Positions 51,169 to 62,433 of a DNA stretch of 64,000 nucleotides are shown here, piece after piece. Positions within the stretch are counted from its first letter, which is position 1. Every line of letters begins with the position of its first letter. The notes under the pieces were generated by a model. The model searched no databases and was not told the DNA's origin. It was given only the letters and a program-made list of their open reading frames with translations. The position numbers and the translations under genes are program-made. Origin of the DNA: Mesotaenium endlicherianum (taxonomy: Eukaryota); assembly GCA_009602735.1 (NCBI GenBank), contig WELA01003365.1:133384-197383 (forward strand). The letters run 5' to 3'.

Positions 51169-51915
51169 TGTAATGAATCAGTATATTAGTGGATATAATA
51201 TTCCTTTAAATATAATAGTTAAATAAGTTCAGCCCGCTGAACTCTAGTTAATAATCAGTCTGCTGGACTTCATATCTAATATCAGTTTAATGACTCGGCC
51301 GAAAGCAGCAGGCTGAAGTCAACTTAAGTCAGCTTGCTGACACATTCTTTGACAGCCAGCTCACTTCCGTACCTGGTAGCAGCGAACTGCCTTGATATGC
51401 ATCTAAGTACGACACGATAGATGAATGGCCAGATGACATCCCTATGATGGATGGCTATTCGGGATGATGGGAGATGGCGGTGGATTTGGTTAACCGAGGT
51501 CCTACCAACGTGGTTAACTCCCGGGTAGGCGGTGCCATCGCACTGACCGTTGAACAGTAAACTCATTCCATGTACATATGCTAGGCATTGCTCTCGAGTT
51601 CGGCATTCGGAAACGAGGCCAACTCTCTTGTACAGCTTACTGAGAGAGATCTGAATCCAAGGCGAGAAGCCATTGATACGCACTGTCTTCTAACCTTGCT
51701 TATGTATGAGTTTACTGATTTGCATTATTGATGCTAGTTTATTCGCATTTGACTTACGAGTATTATTCACTGCTAGTGTGTTGTCCTTTGCCGTTAAAAC
51801 AGTTAACGAAAAATACCATAAAGATTACTTGCTGATATAAAGATCTTNGATTACTTGCTGATATAATGATCTTTATTAATTGTTAATCGCCTATTTGGTA
51901 AGTCGATTCATTTCA
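51169..51915 (+). mobile_element. family-B solo LTR inserted directly in the Replitron Rep gene
   Basis: TG..CA termini, near-identical to the B LTRs, TSD AATTG at 51164-51168 and 51916-51920. Confidence 0.95.
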
Positions 51916-51920
51916 AATTG

Positions 51921-52261
51921 ACATTAACTCGTTGTATAAGAGAGTTCGACATTACTGGGTATTCAAATTGAGGAAGGATAGGGAGCGTTATCCCAACACA
52001 ACTTCTGTCCTGTTTCACATGATTAAATCTGGGAGGTACTACCCTCGAACCCATCTCACAACACAAGGTGGCAGGGGAGTGAATCTCGCCAAAGATGAGG
52101 CCATGTTTATCATGATGACAAGGCCGCAGGACACCAGGATAGAAGATACTTACGTGGTTTTTTTGAATTATGATGGGCCTGTTCCTGACATGAGGGGAAG
52201 GAGGTATTACCATTTACGAGGTGCTGTGCTAGGTGAGAATTGCGAGAGGCAGTGCCTGTGA
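51921..52261 (+). pseudogene. Replitron Rep transposase fragment 3 (C-terminal domain)
   Basis: In frame with fragment 2 after removing the solo LTR and one TSD (NRVGI-DINSLYKRV..LFHMIKSGRYYP..GRGV..P..VVF); stop at 52259-52261. Confidence 0.8.
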
Positions 52262-52541
52262 ATGTTGACGAGAGGGGGGGGCATCCTGAAGGGGAGCTGC
52301 CTCAACCATGGATAGATCATGTAGAAGTCGTTTAGGTTTTGGCACTGTAGCAGTGCGTGGTGTCGTTTACTTCGACGATTTTGTACCACATGCTGTTATA
52401 AATCCTGTTTTTTTGTCGCTATGTTGCATTTGCGTGCTGATGTTTCGTTTTGTCTTTATCGTTCGGCGCTGCTTGTGAGGGGGAACTTGTCGGTCCCCTC
52501 ACAAACATTGAATTACGATCGAGTAAGGGGAGAGAAAGAGA

Positions 52542-53104
52542 ATGTAGTGTAGTTTGTTGTCGTCAGTAAGACGCCCCTCACGTAGTGAGGGGAAATCAGT
52601 AAGGGCCCTCGCACGTGCGCGTTGGGTTTCCTTGTCTTTTCGGCGTGTTCGGGATTGTTCGAGACTATTCGAGACAGGTTCGAGACCCTTTCGACGTCGG
52701 TGCTCAGTTTCCCTGGGGCGGGCCGGCGCGTGATAAATGCTGGGTGTGACATCGGAATTGTCATTTTAATTCTTGTGTGTTTGTGCAAGGGCGTCGGACG
52801 ACGACTGATGGGCCATGGCCGCAGGCGAGAGGGGAGCGGGGGGGCGCACCAGGTCGAGGTGAGTTGTGTCGACCCTCCCTCGTCTTTTTTAGTGTTTGAC
52901 ATGGCGCGGGGCCTCTTCTTGCTTGGCCCCGCCTTGTTTTTTGTGATAGTTCATTTTGTTAATTTTGTTGTGAAGGCGACGGTCACCGTCGATGTCGTCG
53001 ACGTTTCAAGTTGTGTCGTGCACTTTTAGGTTTGTCGTCATCGGTAGGGGGCGTCCGTGAGGGGAACTTTGTCGGCCCCCTCACAAAAATTGACTTCGAT
53101 GCAT
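52542..53104 (+). mobile_element. probable non-autonomous Replitron-related unit in tandem with the Rep-coding copy
   Basis: Begins with a copy of the left-end motif (52542-52625, similar to 22046-22136) and ends with a copy of the right-end hairpin (53057-53100, similar to 52475-52520). The ~430 bp interior is unrelated to Rep. Confidence 0.65.
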
Positions 53105-54395
53105 AACGGTTACCAAAGACATACGTCCCCTAAAATTGTCCGATGAGAACTTGAGAAGGTGGCAGACATCACCTTCCGAAGGACAAAACGTACCAGGCGG
53201 AAGTGCGCGAACTACGCTCAATTATTTCCTACGTGAGGGGCGCTTCACGAACCCGCACAAATAATGTAGGGCAACCACAGAGTTTCAAACTTCCACCTGA
53301 ACCATAATGACTCAACATGGTGGCCACGTCGATTGGACTAAAAGCGACGCAGTTTTCATCGCCAAGTCCCACGCCATATACCGAGCTGAGGTTGTGTATA
53401 TACGAGTGACTATTACCTGGCCGTTCGATAAAAATCTAGGGCCATTTCTTTAAATAGAGATGCGGGGATCAATTTCCCATATCATTTTTGATGTTTGAAG
53501 GCAATCATGTGTGGTTGCACGCAATCGTGTAAAGTATGATGTTCTGGCAAATCTGAAGCCAAATCCAGAATTTGAGCACGACGAATTGGACCGGCGGTGA
53601 ACATGCACATTGTACAGAATATATTGTACAATCTGGTACAATCAAGTTTCATGACGTCTGTCATTTCTTGACTGCCACCTGTGGCGCTTCGTGCACCTCT
53701 CCTTTACCAGGGCCTTGGCCTCTAGTACCCTCTAGTACTATATCACACATTTCCCTGGCTTCCAAGGTGGCGGTGTTTGGCCCTCGGTCATCTGGCTTGC
53801 TTTGGCCGGTTCTGAATTTCAAGCACTCCCGGTTTTTGACCGAGGCCAACGCAGATGCGAAAGGCGCAGCCACATCACTGTTTCATTAGGAACACCCCTT
53901 GAGCGTGCGGGTGCTATATCTCGAGAGAGGACAAAGCGTACTCTACTCTTGTTTTAGTTATTGTGAAAAATGACCTTGAAACTCATGTTGTGAATCAGAC
54001 GTCTTATCATATATACTTCAGCAGGGAAGTCTCATTACCGTCTAGGCTTACGTGCTACATGCTATTCTCCATTGCGATTCTTCCAATCATCAGATTGGCA
54101 TCGGTTGAATCATCAATAATTCGTGCTGAGGCGTGAATGCTTTGCCACGACGAGTGAGGATTACCCCAAGTTTGCGAGTTCAGGGTTTGTCCATATGATA
54201 ACATACTGAAATTAGAACTTTAATTGCCCCTAATCTGTTTTGACTTTACCTTGACGAATCAGACGGGCCAGGCATAGAAGTACGTCCGTGTTGCAAATTT
54301 GTTTTAGGCTAGTGAAAACCCGCCGCGAGAAGGGAGTTGAAAAAGGACAAGGACAGCCCAGCATAGGATAGTGTGAACTTTGAAGGGGACTAGAG

Positions 54396-56186
54396 ATGAT
54401 GAAGGTTCAGCATCCCGATGGAAAACTTGGTCAGCCCGACATTGTGGCAGCCCCAAGAGAAGGTAGCGTAAGCAAAGATAGATGGTTGGGAAGGTTCTTG
54501 TTGGGTCTTAGCTTGCAACTTTAAAATCGTAGGAAGACGTCTGTTCTCCAGCGGCTAGTGTCAACCTTTTCTGCCGTAGGGTTTTCGCGCTTCTTTGGCT
54601 GCTGGGTGGCTGATGAAGACAATAGATCTACACATGTGTTCCTGGTTGTATGCATTTCTTTGATCGTTGAATCTCTATCTTCTGGTGAGTTATCACATTG
54701 TGCGATCATGGTACTTGCTGCTATGCCACATGAGGACGTAGGACGTTTCATCCGAGGCCCATTTCGTACTCCGACGAAATCTGTTTGCAGGCCAAGGAAT
54801 GTGAGGGCTGCTTCTTAAGACCTGGAGGAAGCTGCGTCCTCATATAGGTCAATTCAGATGTCTTGGGGGCAGTCTCCCAGTTAAGCGGGATTGCATCGGT
54901 TCTGATAACCTTCTGGGAAATGTGTTGGCCAACGCTCTTTTCATGTGCAGAGAGCGATGCAGATGCTCAGCGTGTTCCTCAGATGAAGAATCCGCCAAGG
55001 CCACCTCGGCCTGCTAGCGATGTAGCATCCGCCGAAGGGAAGAAGGAGCTAACTGATACTCAGCAGCCGGCCCAGTCGCAGCAGCCAGTACAGGGCCCAG
55101 TAGCACCAACAAGGAAGAGAGGCTCCAATTCTGCTGACAAGGAGCACAAGCGCCTGAAACGGTGCGGTACCATTGGCCCACCTTGCAGAAGTTGCTCCTT
55201 ATAATGTATCACATACTTATACTTGCAAGCATTCCCCACATGCATCTTCTGGTACATGTCTGCTCGTGGTAAGGCATTCATTGTGCTGCATTCGTGCGTA
55301 TTTTACGTTGACATGCGACCTAGCAGCAAGAGGGTGATTCTGACGGTCTTAGTTGCTTGAGAACATGAGGGCCTGCGCGTGCACTGCCGCACAGGCGATG
55401 CAAAGCATAATGTTTGCGTATTCTTCATAGAAAGTATGTTCTCAATTCCTACTCGGTGCAGCTGTGCATTCCCTTCCTTCATCTTTGAATGTGCATGCTC
55501 AGGTACTTCTGTGGCGAGTCTCAAGTGACTGCTTGGTTTCAAGTTTGCGTTGCCTGTGACCTATATGTGGCTTCACTGGCTTGGCTCTTAGTTCAGTGCA
55601 TCTGACATTTCACTTTTTGTGTGAGAATTGCAGTAGTCGTGATGAGCCAATTCGCTTTGGTAATAGCGGGGAAGCCGTTTGGTTGATTTCCGTCGTCTCT
55701 GGTTGCTGCTGTTGTGGGTGTGTGTGTGTGTGTGTGTGTGTTTGTGTGTGCTCTGCAGCTTGTTGCGGAACCGCGTGTCAGCCCAGCAGGCTCGGGAGCG
55801 CAAGAAGGTGTACTTGACTGATCTAGAGGTGCGCTCCAAGGAGCTCGAGCAACGCAACGCTGAGCTGGAGGAGAAGGTCTCCACCCTGCAGAGGGAGAAT
55901 TTCATGCTTCGGCAGGTAATACTTCATCTCAGCTTGGGGTCTAGGGCCACCAGCATGTCCGGCGTTGCTGTCACATCTGCTGCTTTTCATGCTGTTCTCA
56001 ATGAACTGTTTTCTGAAGCTTTGTGACCACCTCTTACTGCTTGTGCGCTTGAATGCTGCAGGTGGTTCACACTTAACTGTAGGCACAACATTTCCCTTCT
56101 TCCAATATGCTCATCCCTGTGTTGCCAATGGCTTGGTCTTGCAGATTGTGAAGAACACGGCCCTGAAGAAGACTCCGGAAAGTTGA
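54396..56186 (+). CDS. HY5: HY5-like bZIP transcription factor, 4 exons (first exon tentative)
   Basis: Exons 54396-54462, 54951-55161 ([15 protein letters not shown]1-binding VP motif; [14 protein letters not shown]), 55759-55915 ([29 protein letters not shown]), 56145-56186 (IVKNT..stop). Confidence 0.93.
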
Positions 56187-57858
56187 AGTGTAGCCCGAAA
56201 TTAGCATCCGCATTGTCACCCGCTTATTTGAGACAAATGGCAAATTGCACTTGTTGTAAGCAAGGGGTATTATTGTTAAGTTTGCAGATCTGCAAGAGCA
56301 GATTTTTAAGACCCATTGCAGCAAAGTAGGTTATGGGTCGATATCGATTGCAACTTCTTAGTGCTCTGCATGAAGAGCATCAGGTGCAGCCTAGTGGTAC
56401 TTGAGGGACATATTATCCTCAGGTCATGCGACGTATTTATAGGCTTATAGCGCATGTAAAATTTGCGAGGGACTGACGTGTCCATTGTACACCCAATCAG
56501 TCAGCCTATGGAGCTAGGTATGCATAGGAGGAGACTGAGGAGTAGGTATTAAACGTGCCTAGTATATAATTTGCTTGCCTTCTATGTCTCGTAGTAAGGA
56601 CTTTGTTTCGCCACTTTTTAGCAGCCAGGTTCATGCCGACGTGCTGTTCTAAGAAATGGCAGGCCTAATGTTGCGTGCAGCTTGCTTCCCTCGTTGCACA
56701 GGTGGGCCTGTAATGAAAGATAATCAGCTTTTATGCTGGTTCTACTATTTTCTTTTTCGTTGTTTGCAGACAGCTGAAGTATGTGGATCAGAATCGATTG
56801 TAATCTAGGAAATTCGCCGTGTATTTTGAGTTGCTCATTGCATTCCGCCATTATATTCTTTAGAGGTTTCAATATCTCCGGTGGTTCTGCAAGGGTGCCA
56901 TTTAGTGCACTTGTAAATGATTACCGCAGCTGTGCAGTATTCCATGAGTTTTTAATTTCGTAAGAGATTCCATTAGAGGATGAGGCCACCATGGCAAAAA
57001 CAAAGTGATAGTGAAGCAGGTGACCAAATTCCTGACTAACAAAAGCTTATTAGCCTTGCAAATGATGCTTTTGATAAGTTCAGAGGTGAAAATATCCTAT
57101 TTGCAATTAACACTTGCAGAGACATGAATAAGAGTCTGGCAGTAAGGCATGCACCTTGTATCTGCTACCAATTCGCGCTAAGTTAGTGACCTGTACCTAA
57201 CAAACCATTTATGACTCCTACTGCTTCTATGAAGTGATTTCTGTATCCAATAGCACTTTATTGACCAGCAACAAGTAACACATGATCATACTCCAATCTC
57301 AACACAACGTTGGCAGATGCCACATACAGTACCAATGTGACATAATGCAGCTCCGCACACCTGGGAGCTGGAAGCAGACCTCTGTTGGAACGCACTCGTC
57401 AAGAGTCTTAGCAGAACTTTGTGATCCAAAATCGGCACATTCGGGTCTAATAAAGGGAAACCTCTGTTGAAGATGCCAGTGATACTTTTTCGGGTTGAAT
57501 ATGTAACAACCCCACTCTATGACGACTATGTTGCTCCGGTGCGACCAACGTGGTGCCAACACCGTCCACAAAGCAGGACAGGCAGGGCCCTAATGGACAT
57601 AGCTCTATGGCCTCTTCACAAGGCACATGTACAGGAGAGGCTATGCCATCCCTTGACGCACAACTGAAATGGCAACCTGCGCTGCTGACACCTGGCGTCA
57701 GGCATATGCTAATATGGAAGGGGTAAGCACTGGGTTAAACAAGGCCCACGACCTCTGCTCCTTGCTTTACCATAAAAGTAGCGCCCAAGAAAAGCGAAAA
57801 CCCTCCCTTGATCTCTCCCCCCCCCCTCCCCCCCCCTCTAAGAGAAATGATTCCAGGC

Positions 57859-60676
57859 CTACTTCCTGGCATACGTAATGTTCATGGGGTTTGTCGGCGT
57901 TAGCTTGAACCCTTGCAAACCAGACATGGCAATCGTGGCCTGATTCTCGTCTCCAAACTCGACGAAGCAGATGTCCGGCTTTGCGTCGATGAGACGCACG
58001 TCTTGGAAGCCTGGGAACTGCTGGAACAGCTGCACAAGAAGCTCCTTGGTTCTGTCGATGGGTAGGCTCTGCACAAATAGGAGGTTGTTGGGAGGAGCAG
58101 GCGCTTCCGGGACCACCGGTCGCGGAGGCGCGGCGTATGTCGTCTCGGCAGCCTGCCACACATGCACCACAACCGCCAACTCAGACTCAATAAGGTGGCC
58201 CTTCTGGCCCTTGTGGAGTCCTAATAAGGAGCAACAACGCAGCAGGGAGCAGAAAAGAGGGGTTTTGGAAAGAGGAAATGCGGGATTCCTAGTGATGGAT
58301 GTGAAGTTTCACAACATAGGCACTAGCTCCCACAGAAAGTGAAGCGTGCCATAGGATGCTTGCAGTAGGAACACATAGGCTACAAATACATCACCCCATC
58401 TATTTTCAGCACCCAAAGCTGATATGCCAAACAATCACACCACCAACTTAATTTCATCACACTCAGCAAAGCATTGAGGGAAGGGACAAAGCTCCAGTTT
58501 TTGGACCTTGCTTGTATGGTCAGGTCTGATGAGGGCCATACATGAAAGAATATAGAGAGGACAACCCTTACCGGGGGAGCGCCGCCATAGGGTGCCATGA
58601 ACGGCGCCTCTGCTTGAGTGGCTGCTTGCTGTGCTTCTTGTCTTTGTCGGGCTGACGAGAAAGGTCCAGACAAGCCAGCAATTCGAAAGCTTGAGGGGAA
58701 GGGCAGGAAAAATAGACCAAGAAAGTGATTGAACGGAAGAAATTTTCTTCACGAGCCTAAGCCTAGCATTCGCTTGGACTGCAAGTGTCAAACCTTGGAT
58801 GCTACTTAAACCTGGGCACCAATAAGCCATCACCCTCATGCACACCCCTGGCGTCTCCATTGTAATAGAGGCTAGTCAAAGCACGCATGCCATATTGCCA
58901 GCTCACAAGAAACGTCAGACTACATGTTTCTACAAGAAAGCAACACCTCTATGCAATGCACTTAAGGTTAAAATGATGTTGACTTCGGTTCACCCCAAGA
59001 ACAAAGGGCGCAAGCAAGTAAAGAACAACCATAAACCTTACCAAGATACCCAAGCAGACAACAGCTCCGCAAAAATTATACATGCTTCTACAGCAAAGAG
59101 GAGATGAACATATCCAACGGCTGAATCAAAAGAGGGGGTCAAAAAGCTTTACAAAGAATGATAACAGAAAAGACTAAGTCCACCTTTTATCCCCTCCCTT
59201 CAACAATCGTCTCATGTCCTAGCAATTGGTAAAACACAAAGAAGCCATATCACCGATGATGGTAGGCAGTAGTCACTGACCTTTATCAGCAGCCTTCTTC
59301 TTCTTATCTTTCGGCACAAAAGTTCCCTTAGCTTTCGCTACAGCGTCAGACTCCTGCCTTGCATATGATATCCTCTACTCCAAACCAAACAGCGGTTTTA
59401 CAGCAAGACCATAACACAATGAGAGTAAGAAGCTAAGCCATGCCAAAGTATTATCTGCAGCACGTATGATCGTCTAAGACACAACGAGCATCCATGATTA
59501 CTCTAATCTCCATCCCCAGACATCCTGAACAAGTCACAAGCACGCGAGTGGCTTCATGATACATTTAGCTTCTCCAACATGGTTGTTACCAGTACTGCTG
59601 ACAATAGTTAGTCTCTTTCGCAAATTTGCCGCATATAGCCTTGAAGGTTCTCGTCCAAGGCATTGTGTTCTTTGCTACACCTACAACCAATGCCCTGAAC
59701 ACATACATACGGCGTTCACACGTTCTCCCTCGTAGCAACAACTCCAACTCTATGATGTAATCAGCATACGATGATGCCCAGGCGGTTCGATCACCAAAAA
59801 GGGGTAATAGATGACAGCATTTATTAAGCACTGCCATCTGACAGCATCAGCCCATCACATATACCAGGGTTGGGCAAGTTAAACAAGGAAAACAGCTGAA
59901 GTCCATGATGATAAGCGACCTACGGCTGAACTGCGTGTGGTCTTTTTTTGGTGAATAGGGTACGTGGTCTTCATTTCCGTTAAACAATGTGCAAGGTCAC
60001 ACAATATGCAACGTCACCAAAATGCAGCACGTCGGCAACCCCTCAGTGTCACACCTTAAGAGATGTATTTTGACTTTCACTACCCATAAGTATCCACTTC
60101 GTCAAGCTAGAGACAAGAATGGCCAGGTTTATGAGCAAATTATATGATAGGTCACCTCATCAGCATGTCATAATGAATATGCTGTTAATCAACCACAGCA
60201 AGAGATATGATAAGCAAATTACCATGGGCTTGTCATAGAAAGGGAACCCCTGCATTTGGCGCAAAGCATTTGTAGCAGCTGTGACATCGTCAAAGACCAC
60301 CCATGCCTGCCCTCTAAGCTTGAGACTCTTTGCCGCGACAATATCCAGTATTTTCCCAAACTGGGAGAAGACAGCGTATAGGGACTTCTTAAGTTCTGCA
60401 TGAGGGCCAAGAGCATCCACAAATAAGCTGAGAAGCTCTCACCATATTGACACAGGCTCATAAACGTAGGCAGTGTTTAGTGAAAGGTCTGATCCTGAAT
60501 CTGGTCGAGATATGCAGACTGATGCTAGCTGGAAGAAGACTTTAAATGTAAGCTATCCGTCAGGATGAGCAAAATGCATATAAGTTGATTAACTTTCACC
60601 CACCTTCTTTGTTTATTTTTTCGTTCAAGTTGTTGATGTATATACTCTGGTTTGGAGGTATGTCAGTGCGCATCAT
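57859..60676 (-). CDS. U1A/U2B''/SNF-family two-RRM spliceosomal protein
   Basis: Exons 60676-60604 ([17 protein letters not shown]), 60395-60223 ([35 protein letters not shown]), 59374-59281 ([13 protein letters not shown]), ~58652-58572, ~58152-57859 ([26 protein letters not shown] stop). Confidence 0.93.
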
Positions 60677-61074
60677 CTTGCTGACCCTCTGACCCCCAAC
60701 AAGAGGCAGCGATGCCAAGCACTTAAAGTAGCTCAAGGACAACGCCTTAAAGAACGGTGCCTACTAGATTATTTGTAGATGTCAACTCCTTATTTTCACT
60801 CAAATTGGTGCCAAGCTGCTCGTTTTCATCAGTGCTTTGTTGCTGGAGCTGTGTCCGTTGTTGTGCTCGAGGTTTTAAGACTTCACATGTGACTCTTCCG
60901 TCGGGAAAACGGGGTACTGGTAGCTGATTAATGCGTAGCATTCGCTTCTGGGTCCAGTTACGCGAACTGTGTGTCCTTTATGGCCCTTTACGAAGTTGCG
61001 CATAATAGGCCCCAAAGGTACCGACGCGAATGTTGCCGAAAGCTGTCCGAATCAGTCCGGATTGCTGCGAGTGC

Positions 61075-61225
61075 CTCAGGGCCCAGACTGCCCTAGACCA
61101 CCCCAGACCCTCCAACTGAGACCCAAGCCACCCCAGACTGCCCCAGACAGCCCAGAGCAGCCCAGAGTGGCCCAGAGCAGCCCCGGTATGCCCGAGCTGT
61201 GCCTGGGTGTCACCCGGAGCTTCGG
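61075..61225 (+). repeat. degenerate ~10-nt tandem repeat (CCCAGA core)
   Basis: cccagactg, ccctagacca, ccccagaccc, cccagagcag, cccagagtgg etc., in the intergenic region. Confidence 0.6.
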
Positions 61226-62433
61226 GTGATGACAGGCCTTCCGTAAAAACGGGAGGCTTTGCCAGGCTTTGCACTTCCTCGCAGTTCCTCGTTTCTAGAA
61301 CAAAAATATTACCGGGCTTAATGGGATGGCAACGTTAGGGTATATATAGTATAGTGAAATTCATCCAATATGAGTTGACGCTCTTATCATAATAAGTAAT
61401 TTCGCCAACTCTGCCAATCGTCGCGTAACAGTTTGTGATTGAACACGCACGTACCACCGAAGTGCATCAGAGCATGTCTGGCTGTCTGGCGCATGAGGGA
61501 GATGCTCAATTCAGCTCAATTGCATGACCTGCTCTAACCTGCTCGGCATGATTTAGCAGTACTTTTCTTACATCAATTAAAATTAAAACAGATCACGGAT
61601 TTAATACCAAGGAGACCAAACATGAAATTTCGACGCTCAGTGTGTAAACATTGATATATAGATATAACTTCGCTTAATAATTTTGGTAGCACTCTATACT
61701 AAACTGACTCACAACAAACTCTTTATTGAACTCATATATTGAACGGCGATATATGTTCACGTTTCAATAGCCCAGGCTATATTGGGCCTCTACTCGCCAC
61801 CAACGTATTTGGAAGCCATCACGCTCATGCCACAGCTTTTTCTTTGATGTCGCTCTGCTCCAGCTGTAACATAATTAGGAGGGCATAAATTGTTTACTCC
61901 TTCAGCAAATATTTGTTAAATAGCCGTTGAGTCACTAAAGAGCGTCTTGAAAAAATCTCATACAATATTGTGCAATATCCAACTTGACAGATTTGCATTC
62001 ATGCAATCAAGACATTAAACTTGAAGAATGAGCATAGCGTCAGGGGAAGATAGCGTTCAAATTAAATCAGACACTTTCTCTCCAGGAAACAGCGCATCAA
62101 CGTCTTCTTTGCCCTCAACTTCTCACCAATACACACGGGATCAGGTACTCAATTCGTTCTCGGTCATTTCTTAAGACATCTGTGTGTCACTCTAAAGATC
62201 TATGTGCAACCTTAATCACTATCAATTCCAGGAACTTCAGTTGCCCATCCATGCAGGACGCGCTTGTATAGCTCCCCTCGACTTCAGCCGCTTTTAGTTA
62301 TTGTGAGGCGCTTGCTTGAGTGGCAATTGCATGAGTTGGAATCTGTAGGACGCCTTTGACCACGAAGGATTGGATTCTATCAGATTCTCTCTTTATCTGT
62401 TCAAGAAAGTGAATTAGGTGACAAGGTTGTGCA

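Larger units (their letters stand above)
22046..52525 (+). mobile_element. Replitron-type HUH (rolling-circle-like) DNA transposon, ~1.4 kb once nested LTR insertions are removed; exact ends uncertain
   Basis: Reconstructed Rep gene plus terminal hairpins (left 22079-22103, right 52473-52504). Both interruptions of the gene carry matching TSDs (TCGGT, AATTG). Confidence 0.8.

Noticed and set aside
37500..51870. Short tandem duplications around single Ns (37514, 41002, 45098, 45599, 50096, 51848)
   Set aside because: Each is centred on an N, typical of unmerged contig overlaps; treated as assembly artefacts.
22280..52261. Helitron or endogenous CRESS/geminivirus as the source of the HUH gene
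   Set aside because: No PIF1 or SF3 helicase motifs, only one catalytic Tyr motif, and no capsid gene or TAATATTAC/TAGTATTAC nonamer in the hairpin loops.
52513..53029. 129-aa and 135-aa ORFs inside the tandem unit
   Set aside because: No recognisable motifs, they overlap on opposite strands, and one runs through the terminal hairpin; likely non-coding.
61075..61225. Repeat-spacer (CRISPR-like) array
   Set aside because: Contiguous degenerate 10-mers without unique spacers, in a eukaryotic context.
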